From NCBI GenBank assembly GCA_002269645.1, contig NIVC01000566.1, positions 310,001 through 374,000 on the forward strand: a stretch of DNA of 64,000 nucleotides, read 5' to 3'. Shown piece after piece: positions 59,901 to 64,000 of the stretch. A model generated the notes under the pieces. It was not told the origin of the DNA and did not search any database. It saw nothing but the letters and a program-made list of their open reading frames with translations. How positions within the stretch are numbered: position 1 is the first letter of the stretch; every line of letters begins with the position of its first letter. Position numbers and translations under genes: made by a program. This DNA is from Macrostomum lignano (Eukaryota).

Positions 59901-62900
59901 CTAGAGGCGTCTCTAGGAGGTTCAGATTCCCTACTTGCTGGATCTAGAGGCGTCTCTAGGAGGTTCAGATTCCCTACTTGCTGGATCTAGAGGCGTCTCT
60001 AGGAGGTTCAGATTCCCTACTTGCTGGATCTAGAGGCGTCTCTAGGAGGTTCAGATTCCCTACTTGCTGGATCTAGAGGCGTCTCCAAGGAGGTTCAGAT
60101 TCCCTACTTGCTGGATCTAGAGGCGTCTCCAAGGAGGTTCAGATTCCCTACTTGCTGGATCTAGAGGCGTCTCCAAGGAGGTTCAGATTCCCTACTTGCT
60201 GGATCTAGAGGCGTCTCCAAGGAGATTCAGATTCCCTACTTGCTGGATCTAGAGGCGTCTCCAAGGAGGTTCAGATTCCCTACTTGCTGGATCTAGAGGC
60301 GTCTCTAGGAGGTTCAGATTCCCTACTTGCTGGATCCAGAGGCGTCTCCGAGGAGGTTTTCAAGTCCCAGATAAGTCCCATGTGTATGTTGCTGGCACTC
60401 TGGACGACACAAATCAGATTGTAAACTGCATGCGCTGTGTGAATTTAATAACGGTAAAAGCCATCAGTCAGCATAAATAATCAAAGCAAACTTACAGAAA
60501 GCCGCGTCAGCACCCGCTTGCTCTTTGTCGGATTCTCCTTCGACACCGACTCTGAAGAAAACAGGTTGATGGGATAAATTAGGAATGGATTCTGCCCAGC
60601 ATTGGGGGTACAGCATTGGGGGTTGGCCCTCGCGGCTGTGAATCGCAAGGCAACCCCAAGGCCAAAGCTTCGTGCACGAAAGCCCCAAATGGGGGCCGTC
60701 CTGACCGAGGGTCACATGCGTTTAACGCTGAGCTCCCCCTATATTGGAGGTTGGCAAACTCCGGCCCGTGGAGCCTGTCTATCCGGCCCTTTTAAGATTT
60801 GTGGTGCTTCTCCGCTTCCTTTTCCTTCCTCTTCTCTCTCCTTTCGCTTCCTTCTCATTCCTCTTCTCTCTCCTTTCGCTTTCTTCTCATTCCTCTTCTC
60901 TCTCCTTTCGCTTCCTTCTCCTTCCTCTTCTCTCTCCTTTCGCTTCCTTCTTCCTCTTCTCTCTCCTTTCGCTTCCTTCTTCTTCTTCTCTCCCCTCTTC
61001 ACTCTCCTCTCTCCTACCTCTTTTCTGCCAACTCCTCTTGCCCCCTGTCCCTTCTCTTCTATCTTCTATCTTTTCTTTCATCGCATCCTTCGCCTCTCTT
61101 CTCTTATCTACTTACTGCTTTCCACTCTCACCTGGCCCCTAGACATGAGCTGGATTATTTATCTGGTCCTTGAGCTAAAAACTGCAGATAAAAAGACAGC
61201 AGGGGAGGGGGGCACCAACTGAATCCTCAGCCAGTGCAGCATCTGCGTGGCCATGCCGCCGCCCAGCAGCACAGTGGCTATCACGATGACAAGCGTGGTG
61301 GAGAACAGCATCTTCCTCGTGTCCGTGGACGTATTTCTTATCGCCAAAGCGAATGCGATGGCACCGCGCAGGCCGGAGAACATGAGCATGTGCATCTTGT
61401 TGGCGCCAATCTTGCGCCGGCCCAGGTTAAGCAGGCAGCACAGCGGATAGATATTGAGCGCCCGGCCAAGCAGAATGGCGGCAAAAGCGGTCGCGACAAA
61501 GCCCAGATCCCATACGTGGGATCTGTAGGTGAAAGTGGTCACCCCGATGTACAAGAATGTGAAATTCTCCGCCAGGAAGTTCAACAGCTCAAAGAAGGTT
61601 TTGGTTGAACGCTTGGTCTGCTGGGACAGGTTGTTGTAGGTGTAGTGCGCCTGGCAGATGCCGCAGAACAGCACGGCCACGATGCCGGTGCTCTGGGCCG
61701 CCTCTGCCGCCAGGAAGGTGCTGTAGCTCATGAGGATGAACAGGGCGCACTCCAGCAGCGGGTGCTCCCGGACCAGGGTGTACTTGGTGATCAGGGCCGT
61801 CAGGCAGCCCATGGCGCTGCCGATGCCCAGGGCGCCGAAGAACACGCCGAGGAAGCTCAGCACTGAAGTGACGATGGCGCCGCCTTCGAAGGTGGCGGAG
61901 CCGGCAGCCAAGCTGTCGTACTTTTCAACGGATTGCGCCAGCACTATGGCGACCGCGTCGTTAAGGACGCTTTCGCCGAATACTAAGGCGTAGAGGTCAA
62001 CGTCTACGTTTAGGTCGTTGAAGATGGCGAGAACCGTGACTGCGGAGTGTTGTGGCGGGAGTTAGGGAGCGGTGAAGTGAAACTAAGCAATCTCAGAGGT
62101 GAGATCTAGGACTGCGGTGCAGTGAGACTAAGCAATATCAGGTGTGAGATCTAGGACTGCGGCACAATGAGACTAAAGCAATCTCAGAGGTGAGATCTAG
62201 GATTGCGGCACTGTGAGATTAAGCAATGTCAGAGGTGAGATCTAGGACTGCGGCGCAGTGAGACTAAGCAATATCAGGTGTGAGATCTAGGACTGCGGCA
62301 CAATGAGACTAAAGCAATCTCAGGGGTGAGATCTAGGACTGCAGCACAGTGAGACTAAGCAATCTCAGAGGTGAGATCTAGGACTGCGGCACAGTGAGAC
62401 TAAGCAATCTCAGGTGTGAGATCTAGGACTGCGGCACTGTGAGACTAAGCAATCTCAGAGGTGAGATCTAGGACTGCGGCACTGTGAGACTAAGCAATCT
62501 CAGGGGTGAGATCTAGGACTGCGGCACTGTGAGACTAAGCAATCTCAGGGGTGAGATCTAGGACTGCGGCGCAGTGAGACTAAGCGAGGTCAGATACTGC
62601 AATGGCAAGGCGCTCATGCCTGACTAACCGGGATCCGTAGCGGGGATGATGGCGCCAAACAGCAGGCAGTCGGTAAATAAAATCGAGCCGCTCAACGACC
62701 TGCTCAGCCGGGTCAGGCCATAGACAACGGAGCTGCGGATGCGTACGGCTGATGTAATGAGTGCCTAAGCTAGCAAAAGAAAACAATTAACAGAGCATGT
62801 TACTAATGTTTGGCGTTACTCACCCCACGACAGCACAGGAGATAGTGGTGCCAACAAATGCCAGCGTCAGAATTGCCCCAATGTTGCTGAAGAAATGCTT

Positions 62901-63641
62901 CTGCAACCAAAGGAAACAGAGGAATCAGGGAAAATTACATGATCTTTCATCAGTGCTTTTGATGACGTCAGATTTAGCGTCTCTAGGAGTTTCAGATTCC
63001 CTACTTGCTGGATCTAGAGGCCAGTCTCCAAGGAGGTTCAGATTCCCTACTGGTTGGATCTAGAGGCGTCTCTAGGAGTTTCAGATTCCCTACTTGCTGG
63101 ATCTAGAGGCCAGTCTCCAAGGAGGTTCAGATTCGTCATCAAGTCAATAATCTGCCCACTTATAAAAGCCCGAGGCAGCCCGCACACACCCGCTTCATGC
63201 TGTAACCGGCGCAGAAGATGATGGGAGGCAGGATGACGTGAAAAAACACCTCAGAATTGAAGGTGGCCTTCTCGCTAAGAACTGGCGCATTCACGTTGCG
63301 GTTTAATAACCGCCTGGCGTAATCGTACTCGTAGACGCGGGTTCGATTCCCCGAGCTGCCGAGCTCCAGCATGTTCAGCAGCACCTGTTTCAAGGGGGTG
63401 GAGAAATCGATTAACCACCTGGTCACAGCTACAGGCTGAAGCTGCACAAGGGAAACCCAGAATCAGATCAGATCCCGAGGCCTCACCTTTTCAGGCGGAA
63501 GTGGATCAGCAGTGGTGACTGCAGGTGCTCCAGTCACATTATTACTAAGTGATCCAGTAGGGTTGCCAAGCAGAGTGAAGGTGCGAACACTGATTTCCCT
63601 GGGATTCGAGCTGTACCGAATGATGGCGCCAACTATCAGGC
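53920..63641 (-). CDS. Endosomal/organellar Na+/H+ exchanger (NHE6/7/9, SLC9A6/7/9-like), 5'-partial, multi-exon
   Basis: Exons 63487-63641, 63190-63441 (or 63384), 62824-62900, 62629-62732, 61220-62039, 60496-60551, an unresolved link, 55335-55495, 54271-54379 and 53920-54147. Motifs [85 protein letters not shown] and [17 protein letters not shown]. Junction phases are consistent except between 60496 and 55495. Confidence 0.92.
54590..55250. repeat. Degenerate 16-bp intronic minisatellite (ggagggtgtgggttcc)
   Basis: Direct. Confidence 0.85.
56220..56560. repeat. 150-bp tandem duplication (2 copies plus a partial third) in an NHE intron
   Basis: gaccttcgggaccttcaac at 56220 and 56370. Confidence 0.9.
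56991..60358. repeat. 3.4-kb intronic satellite of 43/44-bp units (ggaggttcagattccctacttgctggatctagaggcgtctc-ta or -caa), roughly 75-80 copies
   Basis: Near-perfect units with two interspersed length variants and rare ggagattcag / ggatccagag variants. Confidence 0.97.
61220..62039 (-). CDS. NHE main transmembrane exon
   Basis: ccgcag| acceptor, [34 protein letters not shown]...WLRI, donor ca|gttggt. Confidence 0.93.
62082..62586. repeat. 45-bp intronic minisatellite (gagactaagcaatctcagaggtgagatctaggactgcggcacagt), about 11 copies
   Basis: Period of 45 (62351 to 62396). Confidence 0.93.
62965..63135. repeat. Diverged short array of the 43/44-bp satellite in a separate NHE intron
   Basis: ttcagattccctacttgctggatctagagg units with variants gccagtctccaagg and ggagtttcag. 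Confidence 0.9.
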
Positions 63642-64000
63642 CTGGGTGAATAATTAAATAGAGGTCGATAGTAAACAACCTTAGCCTAATTATCTGTGGC
63701 AATATTATTTCACAACTGCTTAACTGGGAATTTTTTTATAGGATTGGATAACATTTTGAAACTTATTCCAATATCACATGCACAATTGCCAGCCAACCTG
63801 GCTAATGAAGACAGTGTAAATTGTGGCAAACCAAGGGTAAGTTGCAAAATAGGTAATTTTTTATTCTTTGGATATTGTTGCCAATTATCAAATTAAGAAC
63901 TTTTTTCTTTGTATGAGCTCGTAAATTTGAGCATGGCATAAAAAGTCATTATAAAATGACATTAATCATTATCAGGTGCAAATTCAATATGGCTATTGGT

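Noticed and set aside
56991-60358. CRISPR-like array
   Set aside because: No unique spacers; units are contiguous near-identical repeats in a eukaryotic intron with no cas genes.

Overview
Eukaryotic (metazoan) genomic DNA with GC-rich exons and AT-rich, minisatellite-laden introns. The style resembles the flatworm Macrostomum, but that is inference only. Bases 1-41.4 kb hold a tandem array of three sacsin-like genes (two Hsp90-like SRR ATPase modules, a J-like segment lacking HPD, a Gly tract and a C-terminal HEPN). Copy A is 5'-partial. Copy B is complete in three exons, and its first intron carries a full-length but decayed Ngaro-type tyrosine-recombinase retrotransposon in antisense. Copy C is a 3' remnant with a readable deletion junction. 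The shared 3' flanks carry copy-specific insertions (Helitron-like and P-like MITE) whose empty sites are visible in the paralogs. Bases 43-64 kb hold three minus-strand genes: a 4-exon LRP11-like MANSC-LDLa-TM protein, an intronless RRM + RS-rich protein ending in a periphilin-like (HUSH subunit) C-terminal domain, and an endosomal NHE6/7/9-type Na+/H+ exchanger whose introns contain large tandem arrays, including a 3.4-kb two-variant 43/44-bp satellite. The best candidates for novel biology are the RRM-periphilin fusion and the patchily diversifying sacsin-HEPN array. All family assignments come from motif recognition by eye; no searches were run.
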